Source: an uncultured Candidatus Saccharibacteria bacterium (GTDB lineage: Bacteria; Patescibacteriota; Minisyncoccia; UBA6257; Colwellbacteraceae). From it: a stretch of DNA of 53,620 bases. The stretch spans positions 1 to 53,620 of the forward strand of contig CAZFGN010000002.1 of the NCBI GenBank assembly GCA_964518695.1, in the 5' to 3' direction. The notes under the pieces are model-generated. The model was not told the origin of the DNA. It ran no database searches and saw nothing but the letters and a program-made list of their open reading frames with translations. The position numbers and the translations under genes were made by a program. Position 1 is the stretch's first letter, and each line of letters opens with the position of its first letter. Shown here piece after piece: positions 19,367 to 27,561 of the stretch.

Positions 19367-21808
19367 ATGGAGAAGAAAAAGATACTGGCGATACTGGTAG
19401 TGGTTGTCTTGGTTCCACGCTTATTTTATGGCATAGCATCAGCACAAACTACTCCTACGGGCCGTTTTAGTATTGAGAGCAATCCTTCATCGGGTCCTCT
19501 TCTATTTAACCCCACCAACCTTTTTAATACCGCCGCATCCACCCCAGCATTTACACCGTCAACTGGCTCTGGTAGTAATATAGGCTCTGGATCTATCTGT
19601 TCTGACTCCGGCTCTGGCTCTCCCTGGCTTAATTTTTTTGGAGACGCAGCTAAAGTAGGGTTGCCTATATTTCTTATCAACATTATCACCAGCACCTTAG
19701 CTGACCCACCGTCTGGTGGTGGGAGCATTCTTGGGTTCGGCTTTAATTTCAACCCTGGGGGAATGCTTGAACCCTTAGATGAAGCAAGTGACTTTCTGTT
19801 CAATAAATGGCTACAAGTGGTTTTCTACGGCTTTCTCGCTTCAATTGCTGTATGGGTAGCAAGCTATTTATTGGAAATCGGTATAGCGCTCAACCTATCT
19901 TTGTCCCAAAGTGCAGTCATCACAACAGGATACGGAATAATTATGGCGTTAACAAATATTAGTTTTGTGATTGGTATAGTGGTAATAGCTTTCGCCACTA
20001 TGTTCAGAAAGGCGGGTTGGGACGCTCAGTCAATACTCATGCGTCTTATTATTGCGGTACTTCTGGTAAACTTTAGCTTGTTCCTCGCACTGGGCGTTGC
20101 TAATGTGGGTACGAGACTCACTGAAGCTTTTGTAAACGGCGGTACTCCCTTGGGGGCCACTTTTGCCAAGACTTATAACGTTGCCACAATATACTGCAAC
20201 GTGGCCAAGTTCATGAACGCCACTAGTGTAAACGGAGTAAATCCGAGTCAACTAGATCCGTCAGATCCGAAGAACATTAACAAAATAAGCATAGACGAGC
20301 AAAAATCACGGTCTTTTTGGGATAAGTATGTAATTGGTCCTATGCAGTCTTACTTTATTATGGTGGTGGGCATTATTCTCGCAGTGATACTTACTATAAT
20401 AGGAGCGCTTACCCTAATCGCTATCTTCCTATTCCTTGTTGTGCGCTATGTGGCGCTTACCATACTGCTTATATTCGCACCCCTCGCCTGGCTGGGATTT
20501 GCTTTCCCTAAATTAAACTTGCCTATAATAGGCAATGCCTGGAGCGGATGGTGGACTATATTTCTTAGGTGGACATTCTTGGGACCGCTACTTGCCTTCC
20601 TACTATATCTGACAACGGAGATGGTTAAACACCTCGGAGACCCTGCTACTATAAAGCAGGTCGCCGGGCTTGGTTTAGCACAGGGCCTTGTCCAAATGAT
20701 CGTAATTACCATCTTCAGCTTAGCGGGTTTATACGCGGCCAATAAACTAAGCGCAGCCGGAGCCACTGTTGCTTATGGATTAGCTTCTAAAATGGGGGGG
20801 ATGGCCTTGGCGAAACTTAAAACTACTGGCAAAGAAGCTGGGATAAGACTTAGTAACTCGGTCCTTGGATCAGAGAAGGTAAGAGGGCTGACCGCAAAGA
20901 TACAAAAAACATCGATACCAATACTTAAACCTTTAGGAAAACAACTCAACGTCCTTGGGGCAAAAACAGAGAAACTTGTCAGTGAGGACAAGTTTAAAGA
21001 CTTATCACCTCAAAGATTAGCCGCATTAGTACCCACGCTTCATGGTCCCGATCGCGTAGCCGCACTCTTGAAACTCGCGAAAGGCGGCGACGTGAACGAC
21101 CTCAAAGACCTTGATAAGCATCTTAATAAAGAAACTGAGGCTCTCTTTAAGAGTTATGGCAAAAAATTTGATGAGGTTGAAAAAACCATTGGCATGAATA
21201 TTGCAACTTACCAAGCTCTAAAGAAAGGCACTAAGGAGGGCAGAGAGGAGGCCAAAAAGGCGTCTGAAGAATTCTTCAGGGGATTCAATCAGAAGGACTT
21301 CTCTAAACTGCGCATCAGCGATTCGTACAACGATAAGAAAGTTAAGGTTCTCTATGGTCTCAATGAGAGTATGAATAGAGCTATGCGAGAAGCCATAGCT
21401 GCTGGTTTAGTAGACAATTCCGGCTACATTAATAAGGCCGCATCCGGCATTAAGTCTGAAAGCTTCTCTAACTACACCAATGAAATACTTAAATCAAAAC
21501 TTCCAGACAGTATCTCCATAGAAATTGAAAAGAGAGTAACCTACAAAGGCACAAACCAACCAGCTATCGGGGTGTCGTTTAAAGAAGCAGAGAAGGATCC
21601 TGAAAAATACACAATTTCGTCAGAGCGGGCATCTATGTCAAAAGAAGAAGTGCTTCAAGAACTCAAAACCAACAAGGAATTCAAGGAAACACTAATGAAA
21701 TCCCTCGAACAATCAGATCCTACGTTTAAAAAATCTTTTGAGAGGATGACAGCGAACCGAGAGGTCGGGACAATGACTTTCGATACGGATACCCAACCTC
21801 CAATCTAA
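19367..21808 (+). CDS. TrbL/VirB6-like polytopic membrane protein with secreted low-complexity N-terminus and long charged C-terminal tail
   Basis: It has a signal-like N-terminus, an S/G/T/P-rich stretch, at least 6 TM helices in the centre and a roughly 300-aa K/E-rich tail. It sits immediately upstream of the VirB3/VirB4-like genes. The family call is by architecture and context only. Confidence 0.5.
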   Translation: MEKKKILAILVVVVLVPRLFYGIASAQTTPTGRFSIESNPSSGPLLFNPTNLFNTAASTPAFTPSTGSGSNIGSGSICSDSGSGSPWLNFFGDAAKVGLPIFLINIITSTLADPPSGGGSILGFGFNFNPGGMLEPLDEASDFLFNKWLQVVFYGFLASIAVWVASYLLEIGIALNLSLSQSAVITTGYGIIMALTNISFVIGIVVIAFATMFRKAGWDAQSILMRLIIAVLLVNFSLFLALGVANVGTRLTEAFVNGGTPLGATFAKTYNVATIYCNVAKFMNATSVNGVNPSQLDPSDPKNINKISIDEQKSRSFWDKYVIGPMQSYFIMVVGIILAVILTIIGALTLIAIFLFLVVRYVALTILLIFAPLAWLGFAFPKLNLPIIGNAWSGWWTIFLRWTFLGPLLAFLLYLTTEMVKHLGDPATIKQVAGLGLAQGLVQMIVITIFSLAGLYAANKLSAAGATVAYGLASKMGGMALAKLKTTGKEAGIRLSNSVLGSEKVRGLTAKIQKTSIPILKPLGKQLNVLGAKTEKLVSEDKFKDLSPQRLAALVPTLHGPDRVAALLKLAKGGDVNDLKDLDKHLNKETEALFKSYGKKFDEVEKTIGMNIATYQALKKGTKEGREEAKKASEEFFRGFNQKDFSKLRISDSYNDKKVKVLYGLNESMNRAMREAIAAGLVDNSGYINKAASGIKSESFSNYTNEILKSKLPDSISIEIEKRVTYKGTNQPAIGVSFKEAEKDPEKYTISSERASMSKEEVLQELKTNKEFKETLMKSLEQSDPTFKKSFERMTANREVGTMTFDTDTQPPI

Positions 21809-21819
21809 AACTACAAAAC

Positions 21820-22638
21820 ATGCTTACAATTCCACAAAAAGAAGTAATTGAACGATGGGATAAACTTCCATATAGCATTAGAGAAGCTATCTTCTCGGAA
21901 GAAAACGCCGATATGCTTGAGAACATCGCCCAAGCTCATAACTTTGACGAAGAAAAACTTCGAGTATTCTCCACCAACGTAGGCGATGTCTTACGAGGAT
22001 TTATACACCCCAATGATTTAACCAAAGAGCTAATAGACGACTTAAAAATTAAGGAAGAAATCGCAAAGGCGATAGTAAGTGAGATTGAGTCAAAAATATT
22101 TAAACCCGTCCGCGTTGATCTTAAAGATGTATACAAGCCACTCGTGAACACTAGCGAAGTAAACGCAACTGTCTCCGTTTCGCAAGAATACCAAGGCGAG
22201 CCTATAAAGCCCCGAGTTAATGTACAAAATGAGGAGACGACTCGTCTTCAAAACCAACCGTTTATCCTCCACAACGAGGAAGAGGTTGAACCGACAAAAG
22301 AAGAACCTTTCCGATCTGTAACCCAGAGACCCATGTTTTATAAACCAATATTCAGCGAAGAATATAAAAAGTCTGTTTTAGAAAAAAAGGCCGCGAGGAT
22401 AGAGTTAGGAGAAGAAACCGAAAAGAAGAAACAGTCGGAAAGCTTTAAAACGCCCATGAAGGAAGGGAGGATTGTTCACTATTCAGAATTTAGAACTCCC
22501 CTTGGGCCATTCGAAAATCAGGAAATAAGAGGACTGGACCAAACAGCGCCGGAAAAAGCGCCGCAGAGCGTACAATCCAAAACCCCAGAAGTTCATCCCA
22601 ATAACGTCGTGGACCTCAAAGACTTGCCATTGGAATAG
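21820..22638 (+). CDS. hypothetical soluble charged protein inside the T4SS-like module
   Basis: The frame is long and open and follows the upstream gene after an 11-nt gap. There is no TM segment and I recognise no motif. Confidence 0.5.
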   Translation: MLTIPQKEVIERWDKLPYSIREAIFSEENADMLENIAQAHNFDEEKLRVFSTNVGDVLRGFIHPNDLTKELIDDLKIKEEIAKAIVSEIESKIFKPVRVDLKDVYKPLVNTSEVNATVSVSQEYQGEPIKPRVNVQNEETTRLQNQPFILHNEEEVEPTKEEPFRSVTQRPMFYKPIFSEEYKKSVLEKKAARIELGEETEKKKQSESFKTPMKEGRIVHYSEFRTPLGPFENQEIRGLDQTAPEKAPQSVQSKTPEVHPNNVVDLKDLPLE

Positions 22639-22639
22639 G

Positions 22640-23155
22640 ATGCAATTTCAAGTTCCGCAGTTCATAGAAACCGAAGACAAAATTGTAGGGCCATTCACCT
22701 TGCGACAATTCCTTTATATCGCCGGGGGCGGGGTTGCAAGTTTCGTGTTGTTTTTTATTCTGCGGCCATGGCTGTGGCTCGTAATCACGCTCTTTTTGGG
22801 ATCTATCAGTGTAGTTATGGCCTTTATCAAAATCAACGGCAGACCAATGAGCGTGTTTATCCCGGCAACATTCAATTACATATGGAGTCCTAGGATATAT
22901 ACATTAAAACCGAAGGTGCAAGAGCAACACATCGAGACAGAAGCAATCTCGCGAACTAAGAAAGGGTCTGTTTTCACCGGCATTAAGAGTCTCTTGGAAA
23001 AGATGGCAACCTCGAAAAACGCGATCCCGAAAAGAGAACAAACTATCGCGGCGGGCAACTTTGATATCCCCCAACGCGAGATTAAAGAGAGGTACGAAGT
23101 TATAAGACGCATAACTGGTGACAGACAAATGGCGAGAAGAATAGATTATAGATAG
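22640..23155 (+). CDS. PrgI-family / VirB3-like membrane protein
   Basis: MQFQVPQFIETEDKIVGPFTLRQFLYIAGGG followed by two TM helices is the characteristic PrgI-family N-terminus. The gene lies directly upstream of the VirB4-like ATPase. Confidence 0.7.
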   Translation: MQFQVPQFIETEDKIVGPFTLRQFLYIAGGGVASFVLFFILRPWLWLVITLFLGSISVVMAFIKINGRPMSVFIPATFNYIWSPRIYTLKPKVQEQHIETEAISRTKKGSVFTGIKSLLEKMATSKNAIPKREQTIAAGNFDIPQREIKERYEVIRRITGDRQMARRIDYR

Positions 23156-23190
23156 CTTATTAATTTTAAGTTTTAAGCTATAATTAGGAT

Positions 23191-25563
23191 ATGTCAGAAA
23201 CTCGCGAGCTAGCTCGCGCGCAAGAACTCGTTAAGGTAAAGGATATTAAAGAAGGTGTGGTGGTTCTGAAAAACGGCGGTCTACGTCGTGTTATTTTGGT
23301 TGATGGCTTAAATTTTGATCTTAAATCAGAAGAAGAACAAAACAGTATAACCTATGCCTACCAAAACTTTTTAAATTCCCTGGACTTTTCTATACAAATA
23401 ATAATCCACTCCCGTAAGTTGAACATCGAAGACTACATAGAAAAATTGGAAAAGCGCGAAACCGCGGAAGAGAGCGAACTATTAAAAACGCAAATTGCCG
23501 AATATAGAGAGTTCGTGAGGGCTTTTGTTGAAACGAACGCCGTAATGACTAAGAGTTTTTTTGTGATTGTCCCTTACGACCCCATCTCCATCCCCGGGTC
23601 CACCAATTCGCTTATGCCAAAGTTTCTCGGCGGAAAGATTGCAAAAGAAGAAAATTCTAAAGAGTCCTCTATCTCACCGAGTCATCGCGAACAGCTACAC
23701 CAAAGAGCGGAACAGGTGATAACCGGCTTGCGCCAGGTCGGCCTGCGAGCCATAAGCCTGGAAGACCAGGAACTACTTGAACTTTTCTTCAACTTCTACA
23801 ACCCGACCACTGTAGAGAAGAGTGAAGCGAAAAGAAGCCGAGAAGAAATAAGCGGCAGTATAGAAGATGTTATTGCCCCATCGTCTGTAGAAATAAACGC
23901 CACCAATCTAAAACTAGGTGACAAATTCGCTAAAACCTTATTCGTCTTAAGTTATCCAAGATATTTATCAAGCGGGTGGTTCTCGCCGATAATTAACTTA
24001 CCGGAACTGACAGACGTCTCTATATTTGTTCATCCGGTGGATACCGGCATAGCATTGAGAAATTTAAGAAAAAAGGCTACCCAAATAGAGTCTCAAATGT
24101 CCTCGAATCAAGAAAAAGGGTTGGTCCGCGATCCGATGCTTGAGATCGCCCTTCAAGATGTCGAATCTCTCCGAGACACTCTTTTACAAGCCACAGAAAA
24201 ACTTTTCAATGTGGGCGTTTACGTAACAATTTACGCTGATTCAGAAAAAGACTTAACGAGACTCGAAGTCGAGATTACCAATCTAATGGATGCGAAACTT
24301 ATTAGTATGAAACCGGCTAATTTCGAGCAAGTCAAAGGATTGGGTTCCGTAATCCCCTTGTGTTCAGACGAGATGTCTATACACGCTCCACTAAACTCTG
24401 GGCCAGTTTCCTCATTTTTCCCCTTTGTCTCTCTTGATCTCACTTCTGAAAATGGCATCTTGTATGGGATTAATAGACATAATAATACGCTTGTAATTTT
24501 CGATAGATTCTCCCTTGAGAACGCCAATATGGTCGTGTTCGCGAAAGCGGGTGCCGGAAAATCATACGCCACCAAACTCGAAGTCGCGAGGTCGCTTATG
24601 ATGGGCACCGACGTACTCATAATAGACCCAGAAAATGAGTATATCTCCTTGGCCGAGGCTGTAAACGGCAGTGTATTTAAAATATCGCTCGATTCTCAAA
24701 ACCATGTGAACCCCTTTGATATACCTATCATCCCGGAAGATGAAGAACCGGGTGAGGTTCTTAAATCCCACATTGTGAACTTAACTGGCCTGCTAAAACT
24801 TATGCTAGGGGCGATATCGCCGGAGGAAGAAGCTATGCTAGACAGAGCCATAACAGAAACTTACGCCTCAAGGGACATTACTCCGGAGAGAGACTTCTCT
24901 AAAACAACTCCACCGCTCTTGGAAGATCTAGAGGCTATACTTGCCGGCATGGAAGGTGGCAAAGGAATGGCTGAACGCCTCTATAGATTCACCAAGGGAA
25001 GCTACGCCGGTTTTACTAATAAACCGACGAACGTTAACATAGCTAATCGTTTGATTGTTTTCTCCATAAGAGATCTAGAAGACGAGTTGAGGCCCATAGC
25101 TATGTATATCATCTTAAACTTCATCTGGAATCTGGTGAGGGCCCAACTAAGAAAGAGGATTATGATAATTGATGAGGCTTGGTGGATGATGAAATATCCG
25201 GACTCCGCTTCTTTTCTTTTTGGCTTGGCTAAAAGGGCTAGGAAATATTATTTAGGAATTTCTACTATCACCCAGGATGTCGAAGATTTTTTAACCTCTC
25301 CTTATGGGAAACCCATTATTACAAACTCGTCTTTACAGCTTCTCCTTAAACAAGCGCCGGCTACCGTTGATATTACCGCCAAAGCTTTCAACTTAACCGA
25401 TGTTGAAAAAAATTATCTTTTGGAAGCCGATGTGGGTCAAGGTCTGTTTGTCGCCGGACTCAAAAGAGTAGCCATACAGATTGTGCCTTCGTATTTCGAG
25501 GACAAACTCATAACGACAAATCCAAAGCAGATATTGGAAATGAAGGAAAAAGAGGGGTTATAA
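23191..25563 (+). CDS. virB4: VirB4/TrbE/PrgJ-class type IV secretion ATPase
   Basis: The size is 790 aa, with Walker A FAKAGAGKSYATK and Walker B RIMIIDEAWWMM. The N-terminal domain layout is typical of VirB4. Confidence 0.8.
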   Translation: MSETRELARAQELVKVKDIKEGVVVLKNGGLRRVILVDGLNFDLKSEEEQNSITYAYQNFLNSLDFSIQIIIHSRKLNIEDYIEKLEKRETAEESELLKTQIAEYREFVRAFVETNAVMTKSFFVIVPYDPISIPGSTNSLMPKFLGGKIAKEENSKESSISPSHREQLHQRAEQVITGLRQVGLRAISLEDQELLELFFNFYNPTTVEKSEAKRSREEISGSIEDVIAPSSVEINATNLKLGDKFAKTLFVLSYPRYLSSGWFSPIINLPELTDVSIFVHPVDTGIALRNLRKKATQIESQMSSNQEKGLVRDPMLEIALQDVESLRDTLLQATEKLFNVGVYVTIYADSEKDLTRLEVEITNLMDAKLISMKPANFEQVKGLGSVIPLCSDEMSIHAPLNSGPVSSFFPFVSLDLTSENGILYGINRHNNTLVIFDRFSLENANMVVFAKAGAGKSYATKLEVARSLMMGTDVLIIDPENEYISLAEAVNGSVFKISLDSQNHVNPFDIPIIPEDEEPGEVLKSHIVNLTGLLKLMLGAISPEEEAMLDRAITETYASRDITPERDFSKTTPPLLEDLEAILAGMEGGKGMAERLYRFTKGSYAGFTNKPTNVNIANRLIVFSIRDLEDELRPIAMYIILNFIWNLVRAQLRKRIMIIDEAWWMMKYPDSASFLFGLAKRARKYYLGISTITQDVEDFLTSPYGKPIITNSSLQLLLKQAPATVDITAKAFNLTDVEKNYLLEADVGQGLFVAGLKRVAIQIVPSYFEDKLITTNPKQILEMKEKEGL

Positions 25564-25569
25564 TGTGAA

Positions 25570-25875
25570 TTGACTATGATTAAAACAGTTTTAGCGGCGA
25601 GCGAATCGCTTGACTTGGTTCAAGCAATCTCCACAATAGATTTCGGCGGCGGCTTTACCATCAATAACATCTTTACTTGGTCATTAGGAATAGGAGGCGT
25701 AGCGGCCCTTGGAATCATCATCTATGGCGGAATATTGTATATTGCTTCCGCTGGTAACTCCTCAAGGCAAGGAGAAGCCAAAGAGTGGATTAAAGCCGCC
25801 GTCTATGGCCTTATACTACTAACTATCGGTTATCTAATATTATACGTAATTAACCCAGCAGTTCTTGGTAAATAA
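25570..25875 (+). CDS. TrbC/VirB2-like two-TM pilin candidate
   Basis: This 101-aa protein has two hydrophobic helices (WSLGIGGVAALGIIIYGGILYI, AVYGLILLTIGYLILYV) separated by a short polar loop. It starts 6 nt after virB4. The track start is TTG, with an ATG at 25576. Confidence 0.6.
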   Translation: MTMIKTVLAASESLDLVQAISTIDFGGGFTINNIFTWSLGIGGVAALGIIIYGGILYIASAGNSSRQGEAKEWIKAAVYGLILLTIGYLILYVINPAVLGK

Positions 25876-25883
25876 GAACGCGC

Positions 25884-26321
25884 TTAGTCTAGGTTTGTAA
25901 TCTTAACCACAACGTAACGATCTTTCGTTTCGCCAACGCTTTCGGTTGTAACGTCCGGCCTCATAGAAAGCTCCGCGTGTACAAGCCTCCTCTCGTAAGC
26001 GTTCATTGTAGGCAATTTAACAGGCTCTTTGGTTGCTACCGCTCTCCTAGCCGCCGCCTTGGCAAGCTCAAGAATCAACCTTTCTCTTTCTCTGCGGTAG
26101 TTGTTAATATCAACGACGACCGGGTAAATATTTCCCCTCTTTGCTATTAATCTCACTATCCTATTAATGTTCGAGACCAGATCCGGCAAACGCTCCGCAG
26201 TAAGAGCGTCGTCATCAATGGTTACAGAAAAGACTTTGGCGTCCGGGCCCGTCTCTACTCGGAACTTGGTAAATCCCATTAATTCTACTAATCTAACTAA
26301 TTGTTCTTTCAAGTTTTCCAT
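25884..26321 (-). CDS. jag: Jag/KhpB-like KH + R3H RNA-binding protein
   Basis: The R3H motif is LPTMNAYERRLVHAEL. The gene sits in the conserved position downstream of yidC. Confidence 0.8.
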   Translation of the reverse strand: MENLKEQLVRLVELMGFTKFRVETGPDAKVFSVTIDDDALTAERLPDLVSNINRIVRLIAKRGNIYPVVVDINNYRRERERLILELAKAAARRAVATKEPVKLPTMNAYERRLVHAELSMRPDVTTESVGETKDRYVVVKITNLD

Positions 26322-27012
26322 GGCTAAACATTTTGTTTATAACAACCTGTTGAAATATAGAAAATACGCTACTTGTAAGCCAATAGACGCCAAGCGCCGC
26401 CGGGAGAGTAACGAGAAACACAGCCGTAATGGCTGGCCCTATATAGACCATGTTCCGACCCATTCTTTCCGTCTGATTTAACTCTTCGCCAGCCTTCAAT
26501 TTAGGTAAAGAGAGTTTCGATTGCGCGTATTGTGCCACAGTAGCTAAAACCGCGATAATAATACTTCTTTTACTTAGATCTAAACCCAATAATGTGTGAT
26601 TTATAACTTCCGGTTTGTGAATAATCGAATACAATAAATTAAACGAGCTTTCGTTCAACCCACCTTTAAAAATACTAAACAGGACAAAGAGGATTGGCAG
26701 TTGGGCTAATATTAGAATTATAGGAGTTAGTGGGTTGGCTTTGTGATCCGCATAAAGCGCGAGTACCGCTTTTGTCTGCGCTTCCCGATCATCTTTGTAT
26801 TTCTCTTGAATCTTTTTGATGTGGGGTTGTAGCTCTTGAGCTAATCGCTGATGCCGCAGGGAGGCATGAAACAACGGGAAAAGGATTATTCTTATTAAAA
26901 TGGTTAATAAAATTATAGCCAGGCCCAAATCTTCAAGGGCTATTGAGTTATAGAGCAGCACCAAAACGTTGAAGAGCGGCCTATACAGAATCTCATTAAA
27001 CAAACTTGCCAT
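26293..27012 (-). CDS. yidC: membrane protein insertase YidC (short form)
   Basis: ILLTILIRIILFPL...QPHIKKIQEKYKDD...NPL is present, and the gene follows the rpmH-rnpA-yidC-jag order. Confidence 0.85.
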   Translation of the reverse strand: MASLFNEILYRPLFNVLVLLYNSIALEDLGLAIILLTILIRIILFPLFHASLRHQRLAQELQPHIKKIQEKYKDDREAQTKAVLALYADHKANPLTPIILILAQLPILFVLFSIFKGGLNESSFNLLYSIIHKPEVINHTLLGLDLSKRSIIIAVLATVAQYAQSKLSLPKLKAGEELNQTERMGRNMVYIGPAITAVFLVTLPAALGVYWLTSSVFSIFQQVVINKMFSHGKLERTIS

Positions 27013-27331
27013 ATCTTTGAAAACGGTTTTTTAATTCCTCTTTAGTAAGGTTTATCATAGGCGCTTTTGCGATTATAAGCAAATCATTGGGCGCTTTTAT
27101 AGACTCGTTCTTTGTAGATAAAAAAGGCTCGCTTAAATAGCTTAAAACTCTTCTCCTTAGTTTATTCCTCGAAACCGAACCCTTAAGGACGCGTTTGCCC
27201 AAGAGGACTCCTAAGCGGCTGTAAGGCAAATTATTAGGACTAGCCTTGATGAGAACACAACTATCGGAAAATACAGTTTTTGAGTTTTTTGGGAAAAGGT
27301 TTATTGGAACTCTTAGCTTCTTTGGGAACAT
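26996..27331 (-). CDS. rnpA: ribonuclease P protein component
   Basis: A basic RNR-like segment (SVSRNKLRRRV) is present. The ATG shares one base with the rpmH stop (TAATG). Confidence 0.75.
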   Translation of the reverse strand: MFPKKLRVPINLFPKNSKTVFSDSCVLIKASPNNLPYSRLGVLLGKRVLKGSVSRNKLRRRVLSYLSEPFLSTKNESIKAPNDLLIIAKAPMINLTKEELKNRFQRYGKFV

Positions 27332-27465
27332 TAAGCCGTAACCCTGGCTCTCCCTTTGGCAATTCTCCTCTTTATAACATTTCTACCCCCCACAGTCCTC
27401 TTCCTTTTTAGGAATCCGTGAGTCCTGGCCCTTTTCCTCTTTTTTGGTTGATAAGTTAAAGACAT
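27331..27465 (-). CDS. rpmH: 50S ribosomal protein L34 (44 aa, below ORF-track cutoff)
   Basis: My own translation is [44 protein letters not shown]. Confidence 0.9.
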   Translation of the reverse strand: MSLTYQPKKRKRARTHGFLKRKRTVGGRNVIKRRIAKGRARVTA

Positions 27466-27485
27466 TTATATGGGATTGTATCTTC

Positions 27486-27494
27486 TTATCCACA
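27486..27494. promoter_or_regulatory. perfect DnaA box TTATCCACA in the rpmH-dnaA gap (a 7/9 box TAATCAACA follows at 27497-27505)
   Basis: This is an exact match to the TTATCCACA consensus, 68 nt upstream of the dnaA ATG. Confidence 0.7.
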
Positions 27495-27561
27495 ATTAAT
27501 CAACACCTTGCTAGACTTTACGGCATTTGACTCTTGTTTTCTGGCAATCAATAATTAAGCA

